This document shows positions 1-15,098 of a stretch of 64,000 nt of DNA, piece by piece (within the stretch, counting starts at the first letter, position 1; each line of letters begins with the position of its first letter). The stretch is from Octopus sinensis (Eukaryota). The notes under the pieces are model-generated. The model made no database searches. It worked only from the letters and a program-made list of their open reading frames with translations, and was not told where the DNA came from. Position numbers and translations under genes: made by a program. The DNA lies in the NCBI RefSeq assembly GCF_006345805.1, contig NC_043012.1, positions 36,766,001 through 36,830,000 on the forward strand, in the 5' to 3' direction.

Positions 1-885
1 ACAAGAACAACAACAACCAACTCCTCAACTCTAGCTTACTAGACTTTGGAAAAGAGGATGCCCCTTAAACTCCCATACTCCCTTCCTTCAGGTGAAACTC
101 TCGCTGCGTCCAACAACATAGAGACTTGGGAGTAATTGTGGACAAACACGTAAGCTGGGCCACTCATATAAACACCAAAGTTGACATGGCCCGCAGAATG
201 TGTTCCTGGATTCTCAGAACTTTCCAGTCGAGAGATATCCACACCATTTCCTTCTCTTCTCTCTTCTCCACTTTTGCCCGACCCCACCTGAATACTGTTG
301 TCCACTGTGGTCTCCCCACACAATACAAGGTATCATAAAAGTTGAAGCACCAAAGGGCAATCACAAAAAAGATAGATGGCATGACAGGCCTCGACTATTG
401 GGGTCGGGCTAGAAAAGCTAAAACTCTATTCTCTCCAACGTCGTCGTGAGCGCTACATCATCTGCATGATGTGGAAATTATTCCATCAGCATTGCCCAAA
501 TGATGTGGCATCACCTTTAAGTACATCCAAGGCTTGGGCCCCGTGCCATCCGCCCAAAACAAAAATCGCACTCTCATCTCATAACAACAATACGGCACAA
601 TTATTTCACCTCAATTGGCCCCGCTCTCTAACATTAAACAACAACCAAAACACATTAAAACAGAACTGACCCTATTGGGTTCAAGAAGTCTTTGGACAGA
701 TTCCTTCAAGAAATCCCGGATAAACCCCCTACACCTGGATATGTCTCTGTAAACAATAACTCTCTACTTGAGTGGGCCATAGTGCCCAAATTCTGACTTG
801 AAAGACTTCACCAGGTGGTGCTATTAAGTTAGACATGGCCTGGGCCAATAATGGCCGAAACCTATCAAAGTATCAAAGTATCAAA

Positions 886-888
<3 letters not shown>
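1..888 (+). mobile_element. CR1-group LINE, 3' part (frameshifted RT C-terminus plus tail)
   Basis: LGVIVDKHVSWATHI..RPHLEYCCPLWSPH..LYSLQRRRERY motifs across frames; ends in a (TATCAAAG)3 tandem tail at about 862-888. Confidence 0.8.
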
Positions 889-922
<34 letters not shown>

Positions 923-1570
923 GATGAATGTATGTTCGTCCTTTAATTGGACATTTTTTTCCTAAGATTTCTGATGTCTTTTCTTCATACATTACTTTCA
1001 AATTTTTTTTAATAAAATATTCCTAGAGGTATGAAAGCTTGTATTGAAATTATCTGTATATGATTTAACTTATTAAACAAAGTTCAACAAATTCATTCAA
1101 AATAATGGAATGAAGGAGATTGGATGTTAAAATGGATTATATTTTTTATTTTTCATATTGCTATACAATTGTTTCCTACAAATGGACCCAGATATTCATA
1201 AATATATATATATATATACACATACATACTCACAGACACAAATACACAAGTGCCCCATCAGATATACAAACACACACACACATATGTGCTTTCAATAATT
1301 GATAAATGGTAAAATTAATTAATTAATTAATAATTAATACTTTTACCAAGTAGTTTGGTATGTCAAAGTAACCTTTATTGGTAACCTTATACAAAAATTC
1401 TATAATTATAAGCATAATTATAATTAGGGTTCAGCAAATTGCTTCACCATTTACCGAAATTTAGAAATAGCAGTTAAATACTATTCCTCTACCAAAAGAT
1501 ATCTCCCAGACAGCATTGGTTTCCACTTCTGATTTCAAATCAAAAATCTTGCAAAAGAAATTCACAAACA

Positions 1571-1717
1571 GGCACAGGAGTGGCTGTGTGGTAAGTGGCT
1601 TGCTTACCAACTACTGCGTGGCACCTTGAGCAAGTGTCTTCTGCTATAGCCTTGGACTGACCAAAGCCTTGTGAGTGGATTTGGTAGACGGAAACTGAAA
1701 GAAGCCTGTCGTATATT

Positions 1718-1752
<35 letters not shown>

Positions 1753-1965
1753 TTGTTTGTGTATCTGTGTTTGTCTCCCCCAGCATCGCTTGGCAACCAA
1801 TGCTGGTGTGTTTACAACCCCATAACTTAGCAGTTTGGCAAAAGATACCAATAGAATAAGTACTAGGTTTACAAAGAATAAGTTCTGGGCTCGATTTGTT
1901 TGACTAAAGGTGGTGCTCCAGCATGGCTGCTGTCAAATGACTGAAACGAGTAAAAGAATAAAATA
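1571..1965 (+). mobile_element. Second SINE family (ggagtggctgtgtggtaag head, internal TA/TG microsatellite)
   Basis: Recurs at about 27803-28187, 50478-50900 and 59200-59560 (+), and about 42300-42640, 46470-46765 and 58730-59115 (-). Confidence 0.75.
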
Positions 1966-3034
1966 AAACATATATTTTCATACCTAGTGGTGGTGGTGGG
2001 GGGGGAACTATCCCCTTTTCTTTCGATAGTCACTTGCAACTGCTCCCTAAGGTTTTCCCTCCAACTAAGAGGCAGATTTCAAATCACTGAAAATTTTAGC
2101 ATGCAATCGTGTTGTCTTGGGTTCAATCCCATTGTGCTGCACTTTGGGCTTGGTCCCTTCTACTATTTCCCCAGGCTGTCCAATATCTTCTGAGTGAGGG
2201 TTAGGGTTGATGGAAACTGTGTGGAAGCCACTCACATATATGATTGGCACTCTGTCAGTAATGATGCTGTGTTCTAATTGATCTGATCAACGGAATGGCC
2301 TGCTTGTGAAATTAACATGCCTGTGGCCGAGTACTCCACAGGCACATGTACCCTTAATATAGTTCTCAGGGAGATTCAGTGTGAAAAGGCTGGCCCCCTG
2401 TGAATTACAGGTACAACTCAATTTTGCCAGTGGAGTGGACTGGGAAAATAATGAAATAAAGTGTCTTGTTCAAGGACACAATGTGCCACTAGGAACCAAA
2501 CTCACAGCCTCATGATTGGAGCCAATTACCCTAACCACTTAGCCACACACCCACACACTGTAAATTTACATACACACACACTCGCATGTGTGCGTGTTTA
2601 CCCCATACCCCACTGGCTGACAACTGGTGTTGGTTCGTTTACATTCCCATAACTTAGTCGTTTGGTAAATGATATCAATAAAATAAGTAGGAGATATGAA
2701 TAAAAATAAGTTTGGAATGTAGTGATGTATTTGACTAAAAGCTTTCGAGGCAATGCCCCAGTATGGCCACAGTCCAGTGACTGAAACCAATAAAAGAAAA
2801 GAGAGATGGAAACAGAGACTCGCATGCCTCCGAATATTTCTGCCAATGCACCATCCCTGGACTTTAAGAACCTAGAAAAGATGAAAGTAAAATCCCATCC
2901 CAGCAGGATTTGAACTCACAACAAATAGAGTTGGAACATATACAGCACTCAAATGAATTTGCCACCAATTCACCTCCTGCTACTGTTATTCATTCATTCA
3001 TTGTTCAATCGTGGTTGAAACAATGGAATTTACC

Positions 3035-3470
3035 ATGCTACGCCAGACTTCACGGTCCATCATAGCATTACGGAGGTCCTGTTGCTAGATGCCTGTATCC
3101 CTGGAGATTACATCAGGGTAGGAGAGTGTGCGCCCTCTGGTATCGCAAGCAGATGGCTTCCAGAGGAGAAGAGTAGAAATTACCTCGTTTTCAACTCTAC
3201 AACAATGTCCAGCAAACTGGACTCTTCCACCTTTCACAAGAGATGACACAGGTGGTAGTTTCCCATATATTTGTACGTTGGTTGGATGACGCTTCCACGA
3301 GAGATTTTGAGCTCTCATAAGGAGGCGAGTGTAAGTTCCATCCAACCGCCTCTCAAGCTTCTTTGATAATGTCCAGGTTTCTGAGCCATATAATAGAATT
3401 GGTTCGACTGTGGCTTTGAAGATTTTAAGTTTGAAATCTCTACTTAGATTTGATGACCAGATCATTACTG
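3035..3470 (-). mobile_element. RTE/RTEX-type LINE 3' fragment
   Basis: KLKIFKATVEPILLYGSETWTL..RLDGTYTRLL..FAGHC in ORF 3085..3483. Confidence 0.85.
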
Positions 3471-4273
3471 TTATAGCCACCATGCTAATTTAATCACTGC
3501 TGTTATAGTCCCTGTGTTAATTTACACATTGCCATTATAGTCACACAGTATAATCACTGTGTAAAGCTACACACTGCTGTTATGGTTATGTGTTATATCA
3601 AATATGTCAATAGCCTTACTTGTGTTGAGAGCATGCCTTATGCACACTGTGCAAACTTATGCCATACAATTGTCTTATATTGTGACACGTTGTCATTAAG
3701 AGTTAATTGCTTCTAAATTGAGGGTGTTCACAGGGAGGATTCCTTTCCATCTCTTGCTGCATGCCTCCTCCACCACCACCACCACCACCTCCTCCTCCTC
3801 CTCCCCTCCCCTATCATCCTCACCACCACTGCGCCACCATCTTTACATGTACACATACCGCAGAAGTATTTCGACTAGAAGCTAATTATCACGACAAGAG
3901 GATACGGCCGGCCGTGAGTCAGTTGGGCTAATTACTTCCCAATCCCTGTTGTTGTTGTTCGTTAATTTCCCAGTATTATCTCTCACCATAATTCTGTTTG
4001 GAGGAAACAGCCTACGGTTATAGTGTTGTAATACATTGATACATACATTCATGCATGCATATGTATGTGTGTGTGTGAGTGCGTGTACATATAAATACAT
4101 ATATATATGATATATAATATATGTCAATATATCATCATCATCATCATCATCGTTTAACGTCCGTTCTCCATGCTAGCATGGGTTGGACAATATAATATAT
4201 AATAAGTATATATCATATAATATATATATATAAATAATTTATAATATATGTATTTATAATATATATATATAAT

Positions 4274-4313
<40 letters not shown>

Positions 4314-4905
4314 TATGTAATAAAGTGAAGTTGTAAGGTATCGCACGAGTGGAATTATATATGAAAGATGGTTTGAAAATGCAATTTTAAAGATGTTTAT
4401 TCACTTGACCGGTTTCACTTTTTTAGAAAAAGATTGTCAAAAGTAACATGTAATAGCTTTGTTGTGTTAGGTACTGGTTGTCATAAAATATTAAAATACA
4501 TATATACATTCTTTGATAATAATAAGAACATGTTTAAAATCAGTTTACAGAAAAAATCTTGAGAAATTATTAAAAAGTTCATAAAGAATATTAGGATTTC
4601 ATTAGAAATCATGTTTGTTTGGAAGTATCTATATATACACACAGAAAATTATAAGTTCAAAAAGGTCATATTTTTTGTAGTATATATATACACAGAAGGA
4701 GATATATTTAGTTTACAAAGAATTTGGGATGAACTGACCTGTTTCACCATTTTATTTTCTATTTCAAGGGACGTAGGAGGTGTGTTTCGGTGGGGAGAAG
4801 GAAGAGCAATGTAGAATTGAAAAGAAGTTTTTGTTTCTCTTTCAAGGTTCAGTGGTTTTGGGGATCGGTCTTTAGAGGTCAGAATGGTGTGAGTGTGTGT
4901 GTGTG

Positions 4906-4940
<35 letters not shown>

Positions 4941-5257
4941 GGAGAAAAAAACAAAAGACGAAGACAGGTGGTGTACAAAACAAACAGATGTATTAGTATA
5001 ACGCTCAAAAATAGAAAATGTCTTTTACGTTTCGAGCCTACGCTCTTCTACAGAAAGGGACACAGAAAAAACAAGGAGAGAAAAAATGTGTGTAGTGGCT
5101 AACGATCTATCATGGCGACTGTATATATATATAAATACATGTGTTTGTGTGTGTGGGCCGTTTTTGATTGGTCCCAGTGTTTATTGTGGTGTATGTAAAT
5201 GTGTCTGTGTGTGTTTAATATTTGGTAGGATGTTGTGTGTGCGCTAGTGTGTGTATG

Positions 5258-6140
5258 TCATCATCATCATCATCATCATCGTTTAACGTCCGTTTTCCGC
5301 GCTAGCACGGGTTGGACGGATCGACCGGGGTCTGGGAAGCCAGGGGCCGCTCCAGGCTCCAGTCTGATTTGGCAGAGTTTCTACGGCTGGATGCCCTTCC
5401 TAACGCCAACCACTCCGTGAGTGGATTGGGTGCTTTTTACGTGCCACCTGCACAGGGGCCGGGGGGTCCGGCATCGGTCACGATCGGTTCGAGCTTTTAA
5501 CGTGCCAGCGGCACGGGGGCAACTGGGTCCGGGGGTACTTTGGGATCGGGGGTGGGTACTTGAATGGGTAGGGGTATGTGGAATTGCTGCAGAAAGCAGC
5601 CCGGGTCTTTGCAGTCACAGCATATTCCAGAGATCTCGGTCCTTCGCCATTGCCTCAGTGAGGCCCAATGCTCTGAGGTCATGCTTGACTACCTCATCCC
5701 ATGTCTTCCTGGGTCTACCTCTCCCCCTGATACCTTCAATTGTTTGGGAGTGGCACTTCTTCACACATCTCTCTTCATCCATCCGCAGCACATGACCATA
5801 CCATCGCAAGCGTCGCTCTTGCACACCACATCTGATGCTTCTTATATCCAGCATTTCTCTTAGGATGCTTACACTCCGTCTTGCGTGCACACTGACACTA
5901 CACATCCAGCGGATCATGCTAGCTTCATTTCTTTCAAGTCTATGCATATCCTCTGCAGTCACAGCCCATGTTTCATTACCGTGAAGCATGGCAGTTCGCA
6001 CACTGCATCATACAATCTACCTTTCACTCTGAGGAGAGACCTTTTGTTGCCAGTAGGGGTAGGAGCTTTCTGAACTTTGCCCAGGCTATTCGTATTCTAG
6101 TGGTGATACTCTCTGTGCATCCACCTCCGCTACTAACTTG
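5258..6140 (-). mobile_element. RTE LINE 3' end with (CAT)n tail
   Basis: MLHGNETWAVT..RLRWYGHVLRMDEERCVKK..GRGRPRKTW; 3' UTR and (ATG)n tail toward 5258. Confidence 0.85.
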
Positions 6141-6253
6141 GTATGTATTATATGTATATATAATATATAATGCATGTATATATACATACATATACATATA
6201 TATATGTAATATATGTTATATCTCTCTCTCTCTCTCTCTCTCATCGCGATATA

Positions 6254-6324
<71 letters not shown>

Positions 6325-6846
6325 ATGTGAGGGCTCTCTTTGGTCATGAATGATCATGGGATTGCACCCTCTGAGGCACAAGTCAGGTCAAGGTTGTTTA
6401 TGGAAGATATGCAAATAAAGAAGCCCGAGGAGTTTTTCAATGTAACAAATCTATTCGGAAAAAAGGCAACCATCAATTGCATCAACATAACAGAAGAGGA
6501 TGTAATATTTCAGCCATTGATGAGATGAGATTAAACTCAGCAATGGGCCTAGATGGACTCTCGGCTCTTCTCTTAAAGACATGTAAAAAAGGCTCTAGCA
6601 AAGTTACTGTAGATACTCTTTCAGAGTTTCCTTGCATGTGGTAAACTTCCCAACATGTTAAAAGAGTACATTATTTACAATATTTACATTTGATGGATAT
6701 TTGTCCTCATCTTGTTTGTTGCTCCAGGCAGCACTCATGCTTCATGCAACACTCATGCAAGCAGTAGCTATCTGATATTGTTTAAACTGAAACAAATAGG
6801 AACCATGGAGTAAATCTAATGTCAGCTACTCCATTCTTCACTTCTA

Positions 6847-7456
6847 CAGGGTGTGGTGAATAAATTGTCATCTAAATTATGCAAAAATGAAAACAACACC
6901 GACATCTCATTTTAACAGATATATTTACCAAAATTACATAAAAATATCTTGAAATACTAAGGAGTAAGTTTATTCAATAAAATCGCCATTGGCTTCAAGC
7001 ATGCCTTTGGAATCTCCTGCAACTCTTCTGGATGGTCTCCTTGTTTAAGTTGGTGAATGCTGCCATAATCCTTGCCCTCAGTTCATCTTTAGTGTTGCAA
7101 GGAGTTTTGTTGGTCTCTCACTCAACTGTGCCCCACACATAATAATCAAGAGGGTTGCCACCAGGGGAGTAAGGTGGCCAGACGTTAGGAGGTGGTGTGG
7201 TGGCAGAAATTGTCTGACAGTCATTACTGGGTACTCCTGCTTGTGTGGAATGGGACAGAGTCCTGTTGTCAGACATAGGGTCTTCCAGCATCCACCCCCT
7301 TGACTCAAAGCAGCACAACCTCCTCCTGGATGTAGGCCTCCGTGTTAAGTCTGAGGCCATAAGAGAGAGATGAATGGAGGCATAACGTTGCCATCACTAG
7401 CGATCACTCCAAACACCATGATGTTGATTGGATGTTTGATTTTTATCACTCTCAGT

Positions 7457-7457
<1 letters not shown>
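6847..7457 (-). mobile_element. Tc1/mariner transposase remnant with one TIR
   Basis: WPPYSPGGNPLDYYVWG (WPPNSPDLNPLDY motif) in ORF 7118..7360; TA|CAGGGTG terminus at 6845-6853. Confidence 0.75.
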
Positions 7458-7504
<47 letters not shown>

Positions 7505-8024
7505 ATAGACATATATAGATAGATAGATAGATAGATATAGATATATATACACCAACCCATGCTAGCATGGAAAGCGGACGTTAAACGATGATGATGATGA
7601 TATATATAAATATATCTCCATATATATATATATATACATACATACACACACGCACACACATACAAACATATATATATATATGTAAACAGAGTTAGCAGTT
7701 ACAATAACCAACTAAGGGATAAAATATCCGTATATACTATCGGTATCCGTTATCTGTATTATCCCCGGGTATTAGTGTGCAGACACACCATATACACGAA
7801 GAGTGCAGATAATAACAGAATAAGCAAGAGTTTATCAGGAACCAATGCAAATAATAAGAAAATGGAGGAAACCACAGATTAACCAACACATCGACTGGAC
7901 CACATTTACAGATTATTCTTTAATACAAAACATGACAAAACAAAATAGGTGAAGTAACATGTGTTACGACCGTTACCTGTGGTTTTCCCATTTTCTAATT
8001 ATTTGCACTATATATATATTATAT

Positions 8025-8060
<36 letters not shown>

Positions 8061-8227
8061 GATAGATATTCATATACATATATATTCATACATACACACA
8101 CATACACATATTAAAATTATAAATATTTTTTCTTCCCATGCTGCCATTAGATTTTATCATTATTTAAAATAACAATCTTATACTTATATATTGTGTGTGG
8201 ATTTGGTAGATGGAAAGTGCAAAAAGC

Positions 8228-8322
<95 letters not shown>

Positions 8323-8409
8323 ATATATATATAAATATACCGGAGTAAACACATAAATGTGAAACAAGGTGGAAAAAAGAGTACTCAAATACAGAGGTAG
8401 AGTAATATG

Positions 8410-8503
8410 CTTTATTTAAAAGCAGCAGAAATTTAACAAAAGCTGTTACCCAGAGTTTCACGAGTAACAGCTTTTGTTAAATTTCTGCTGCTTTTAAATA
8501 AAG
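8410..8503. repeat. Perfect 40-bp inverted repeat with 14-nt loop
   Basis: 8410-8449 is the exact reverse complement of 8464-8503. Confidence 0.9.
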
Positions 8504-9269
8504 TATATATAAATATATATATATATTATATGTGAATATATATATCTATATATATATATATATGTGAGTATATATATATATATAAATATATATATATATG
8601 TGAGATATATATATATATATAAATATATATATATATGTGAATATATATATATATATGCATATCTATAGATGTATGTGTGTGTGTTTGTCCCCCAAACATC
8701 ACTTGGCAACCGACGCTGGTGTGTTTACGTCCCCCGTAACTTAGCGGTTCGGCAAAAAAAGCTGATAGAATAAGTACTTGGCTTACAAAGTTTGATTTGC
8801 TTGACTAAAGGCGGTGCTCCAGCATGGCTGCAGTCAAATGACTGAAAAAAATGAAAGAATAAAAGAATATATATATATATATCCATACCCACAGTACTCC
8901 TTTGGTTACAGCGATGAGGGTTCCAGTTGATCCAATCAACGGAACAGCCTGGTCGTAAAATTAACATGCATGTGGTTGAGTACTCCACAGACATGTGTAC
9001 CCTTAACGTAGTTCTCAGGGAGATTTGGCATGACACAGAGTGTGTGACAAGGCTGGCCCCTTTGAAATACAGTTACAACAGAAACAGAGAGTGAGAGAAA
9101 GTTGTGGTGAAAGAGTACAGCAGGGTTCGCCACCACTCCCTGCCAGGCCTTATGGAGCTTTAGGTGTTTTCACTCAGTAAATACTCACAACGCCTAGTCT
9201 GGGAATTGAAACCGCAATCGTACAACTGTGAGTCCGCTGCCCTAACCACTGGGCCATTGTGCCTCCACC

Positions 9270-9777
9270 ATACATATATATATATATATATAATATATAC
9301 ATATATATATATACATACATATATATAATATATACCTACATACATATATATATACATATATTATATATATACATTATATATATATATATATATATACATT
9401 ACATATATTATATACATTACATATATATATATATACATACATATATAATACATACATATATAATATCATACATACATATATATATAACACATACATATAT
9501 ATATATACATACATATATATATATACACATAACATATATATATATACATACATATATAATATATATACATACATATATATATATACATACATATATATAT
9601 ATACATACATATACTATATATACATAAACATATATATATATATACATACATATAATATATACATACATATATATATACATACATATATTATATATACATA
9701 CATATATCATACATACATATATTATATATACATACAATATATAATATACATATATATATATATACATACATACATAC

Positions 9778-9839
<62 letters not shown>

Positions 9840-9860
9840 GTATATATCCATCCATACATA
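9270..9860. repeat. Compound (TA)n/(TACA)n microsatellite
   Basis: Direct inspection. Confidence 0.95.
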
Positions 9861-11204
9861 TATTAGATACATAGTGAGAGATTAAGGTATATATATATTT
9901 ATAAATTGTTTAGCTACATGAATAAATCAAGTGCCTTGGATTTCATGCCTGCAATTAAATATATGTGATGGAAGTCTTTGGTGTAGCAATTGCATGCGGC
10001 TGAAGAGAGCTTTAAACCATCTGTTATGTCGATTATACATTGATGTAAGAATAGGTTGTTGCATAAAGCTTGAAACACGTGTACCGCGACATCCTTTGTG
10101 TTCTGTTTTTTTATTTCATTTTATACATATACATGCATAGACCCGTATGTATGTATGTATATACATATATATGTATGTATGCATGAATGTATGTGTGTGC
10201 ATATACATGTATGTACATATATATATATGTGTGTGTATGTATGTATTCATGCATGCCTGTGTGTATGTATGCATGTATATATATATCTATATCTATCTAT
10301 ATATATATATATATACAAAAATTTAGATTCAGATGAATATGGTACTTAAGTTGAGGCACCAGAATTTCGTATGGTATTATGCATACAATTTCAAAGTAAG
10401 GGGATTAAAATTAAAATAAGCAACAGTATATCTAGAGGATATCCTGTTGCTTATTTTGATATATGTATGTATGTATGCATGTATGTATGTATGAATGCAT
10501 GCATGTATGAATGCATCAATATATATATATATGTGTATGTATGTATGTATGCATGTATATATATGCATGCATGCATGTATGTATGCATGCATGTATATGT
10601 ATGTATGTATTGACATTAGGAAGGGCATCCAGCTGTAGAAGCCATGCCAAATGAGACGACGGTCTGGTGTTGCCCTTCAGCTTACCAGCCCTTGTGAAAC
10701 TGCTCAACCTATACCACCATGGACAATGGATGTTAAATGATGGTGCTGATGATGATATATGTGTGTGTGTGTGTGTGTATATATATTTACACACACACAC
10801 GTACATGCTCACACCCACACCCACATCAGCATGGAACATTGATGTTAAATGATGACGATCATATATATACATCTGTATGTATATTATCGTCTTCCTTTAA
10901 CGTCCGCTTTCCATGCTGGCATGGGTTAGATGGGTTGACTGGTGCTTGCAAGCCAGAGAGCTGCACCGGGCTCCAGTCGTCTGTTTTGGTTTGGTTTCTA
11001 CAGCTGGATGCCCTTCCTAACACCAACCATTTTACAGAGTGGACTGGGTCTCATCTGCATATCACTGCCATGTGTGCCATTTACATGTCATTGGCATGGG
11101 TCCCCTCTTTTTACATGGGGTGCCACCTATGTATCACAAGTATGGGTACCACTTATGTGTCACTGACATTGGTGCCTTTTATGTGCCATAGCACTGCCCT
11201 TGAC

Positions 11205-11735
11205 TATGATACCTCTTAGCTTGACATGTCTTCTCAAATACAGCAAGTTGCCAGAAGTCTTTGACTCTTGTCATCGCTTCCATGAGACTCAGCATCTGAA
11301 GATCACATTTCGCCCCCTCATTCCATGTCTTCCTGGGACTACCCCTTCCAAATGTTCCCTCCACAATTAAAGATTGATTCTTCTTTACACAGCTGTCCTC
11401 ATTCATATGCATCACATGACCATACCAGTGCAGTCTTCTCTCTTGCACACTGACAGTGCACGTCCCGCAAAGCATACTAGCTTAATTTCTTTTGAACCTT
11501 TGCATGTACTCAGAAGTCACAGCCCACATTTCACTGCCATATAGCATGTCTGTTCGCACACATGCATCATACAATCCGCCTTTCACTCTGATGGAGAGGC
11601 TCTTTGCTCCCAACAAAAGTAGAAGCTCTTTGTACTTTGCCCAGCCTGTTCTTAACCTAGCAGCTGCTCTCTCACAGCATCCTCCTCCACTATTGACTTG
11701 GTCATGTTGGTAACGGAAGCTATCTACTACTTCTA
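11205..11735 (-). mobile_element. RTE LINE fragment
   Basis: LYDACVRTDMLYGSEMWAV and RLHWYGHVMHM motifs in ORFs 11482..11748 and 11179..11475. Confidence 0.8.
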
Positions 11736-11767
11736 AGTAGATATACACATATAGGTATATAGTTATA

Positions 11768-11803
<36 letters not shown>

Positions 11804-12429
11804 GGTTTAAGTAGTTACAAAAGGCTAACAATTAGGCAACGGAGGACAAGGGTATTTAATTTCATTTAATTCAATCTAAAAAATTTGGCAACATAACAAA
11901 TGGTAAAATTAGTACATAATAGTGCCAAATAGTCCCTGATAAACGTTTCTGTGATGTCCCAGCTATTGGAGCATCGTATCAAGTGAAAACTATGTAAGTT
12001 GGGTATTGCATCATAGGTTAGACAGAGGAAGAATGTTCCTCGTCAGCGATATATGTTGTGGTTCATTTTATCAAGGAAGGTAGAAGGATCTAATTAAATC
12101 CAATTAGATCAGATCTTCTTTAGGTAAATCTATGATCAGAAAGAATGTTAAATGATGGCACAGAAGGAAAGTATTGTTGTGCAGTACTCCATGTTGAAGG
12201 GAAAGGAAAATGAATGCTAGCAGATCCAAAGTTGTGCAAACACAGGGAAGAGGAATAAAGATCCATTCTGGTGAGAGAAAAGATCAATAGGTAAGTGGTA
12301 TGTGTTGGAGATATATTGTCCAGTATATTGAGGGGTATTCATTCCAGAGGGAGAATGAATGCTGGCAGTTTCAAAGTTGTGTGAATGTTGAGAAGAGGAG
12401 TAAATCATATTTATTCCTCCTCTCAGTAT

Positions 12430-13870
12430 TCACATGCCCATCTATTTCTCTATCTCAGCCTCCTCTTGTTCATCACAGTCCTCCAGGCAATAACAGAGGA
12501 ATTCAAGACAGGCTGCCCCTGGGAGCTCCTCTCTGCTGATGACCTTGCTCTTATAGCTGAATCACTATCTGAACTAGAGAAGCTCCAAGTATGGAAGTAA
12601 TGTCTAGAATTGAAGGGCCTTAGAGTTAATCTAGCAAAAACCAAAGTCTTAGTAAGTAGGAAAGCAGACAAATTACAAATCCCTTCAGGTAGATGGTCAT
12701 GCTTAATCTATAGAAAAGGTGTAGGTAGAAACTCCACAAGATGTACCCAGTGTAAGTTATGGACACATAAGAGGTGTAGCAACATCAGAGGAAGGTTAAC
12801 AGGGAAACTAGCTTTTGTATGTGGAAGATGCACAGGTACAATAAACACTGAAAATGTGTAGAAAATAGACTCCAGTGGGGCAAGCTAGAGGTAGTAGATA
12901 GCTTCCATTATCTAGGTGACCAAGTTATTAGTGGAGGTGGATGCTCTGAGAGCATAGCTGTACGAATAAGATTAAGCTGGGAAAAGTTCAGAGAGCTCAT
13001 ACCTCTGCTGGCAACAAAGGATCTCTCTTTCAGAATGAAAGGCAGATTTATCATGCCTGTGTACGAACAGCTATGCTTCATGGCAGTGAAACATGGACCA
13101 TGACAGCTGAAGACATGTGTAGGCTTGAAATAAATGAAGCTGGTATGCTTTGCTGGATGTGCAATGTCAGTGTGTATGTTTGACAGAGTGTAAGCATCTT
13201 GAGAGAAAAGTTTGGCATAAAAGGAATCAAATGTGGTGTGCAAGAGAGATGACTGCACTGGTATGACCATGTGATGTGTATGGATGAGGACAGTTGTGTA
13301 AAGAAGTGCTGATCTCCAACTGTGGAGGGAACCTGTGGTAGAGGTAGACCCAGGAAGACATGAGACGAGGTGGTGAAGCATGATCTTTGAACTTTGAGTC
13401 TCACAGAGGCAATGGCTAGTGACTGAGCCCTTTGGTGATATGCTGTGCTTGAGAAAAGCTGTCAAGCCAAGTGAAATTGTAGATGTGACTGATGCTGGGG
13501 TCACATAACTGGTACCCATGCTGGTGGCACATGAAAAACACCTTTCGAGTGTTGGGCCTCATGAAGGCAATGACAAGTGACTGAGAATTTTTGACATTAT
13601 GTCATGCTTAAGAAGAAGACCCATCAAGCCAAGTAACACCACAGTCGTGGCATATATTGGTGTCATGCAAATGGCACTTGTGCCAGTGGCATGTAAAAGC
13701 ACCCACTACACTCTCAGAGTGGTTGGCGTTAGGAAGGGCATCCAGCTGTAGAATACCATGCCAAATCAGAACTGGAGTGTGGTGCAGCCTTTCAGCTTGC
13801 CAACCCTGGCCAAACCATCCAACCCATCCCAGCATGGACAACGGACACCAAATGATGATGATGATATATA
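12430..13870 (+). mobile_element. RTE LINE, RT core to 3' tail, decayed
   Basis: ELLSADDLALIA, KGLRVNLAKTKVL, Cys-rich RCTQCKLWTHKRCS, MLHGSETW; ends in (GAT)n near 13860. Confidence 0.85.
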
Positions 13871-14440
13871 AACTCCTACCAGCCGTGTTGAGTGACACAT
13901 TCTTTCATTTCTTATCATCATCATCATCGTTTATATATATGTATATATATACAGACAGACACACACACACACACCACACACATATATATATATGTATGTA
14001 TAAGTGCATGTATGTGTGTGTGTATATATGTGTGTAAGTAGTGCTTTTCCATCTACTCTCACTACTACTCCTGCCTCCTTACAGAACAATATCTCATTCA
14101 ATACACAATTTTGTTTATTTTATCTTTAATTTCCACAGGACACACAGACATGTTGTCTCTCTCTGTGGATGGGTGGTAGTGGTGCTGGCTGTGATGGTGG
14201 TGGTAGTGGTGTTGGTTGTGGTGGTAGTGGTTGTAGTCTAACTATCATGGCTCTTTCTCACATCTTATATCCCACTTGCAAAAACACACACACACACACC
14301 ACACACACACAAATACACGCATATACACAACTACACACACACATATACACAGAGCTATATATGTAAATATACTTAGAACTATAGACCTACACACACAGCT
14401 ATACATATATATGGAATAACTGAATGCCACACATCCTCAG

Positions 14441-14475
<35 letters not shown>

Positions 14476-15085
14476 TACATATACATAGAAATATATATAC
14501 ATATAACCATAGACGCACACATACATACAAACACAAAAAATCATACACATACTTAAACAGCTCTACACATATTCACACTGTTATTTGTATATAAACACAC
14601 ACATACATACATGCACTTCAACATACATGCCCACACAGTTATATATGTCTATATTCGTATACACATAGCTAAAAACACATACATCTATAAATATAGCTTT
14701 ACACATGCACACACGCAACTCGTCCCACCATCTCTCTGCATATATTTCTATATACACACGTTCTCACACATGGTTGTATATCACATATGTATACACTTAC
14801 CTCACGATTGCATCTCGTCTAAATCTACATACCAACATTTATTCATCGCCTCATCAGCCTATAATCAGCCTATAAACAGCCTATGGTTTGATTGATGGAC
14901 AGTCTATAAGCTGCTCTCTATTGGTGGTCTATAGCTGGTCTATAAGCTGGTCTATAGTTTTAAGTCTGTTGTTGATCTGAAATTAGCCAGTCTGCAGATA
15001 GTTCATAACCAATTCATATTCAATCTTTACATAGTTTGTAGTTAGCCCTTCATTATTTGTTAGTCCATAGTCTATACAACACATT

Positions 15086-15098
15086 TGACCTTTGACCT
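15086..15098 (-). promoter_or_regulatory. DR1-type nuclear receptor half-site pair (AGGTCAaAGGTCA)
   Basis: Plus-strand TGACCT-T-TGACCT, 59 nt upstream of a strong donor AAG|gtaagg (15158) that may end a non-coding first exon. Confidence 0.35.

Noticed and set aside
3859-4011. Possible minus-strand exon (ccgtag acceptor, gtatgt donor, 153 nt)
   Set aside because: All three frames contain stops and no partner exons were found; at most a UTR or non-coding exon.
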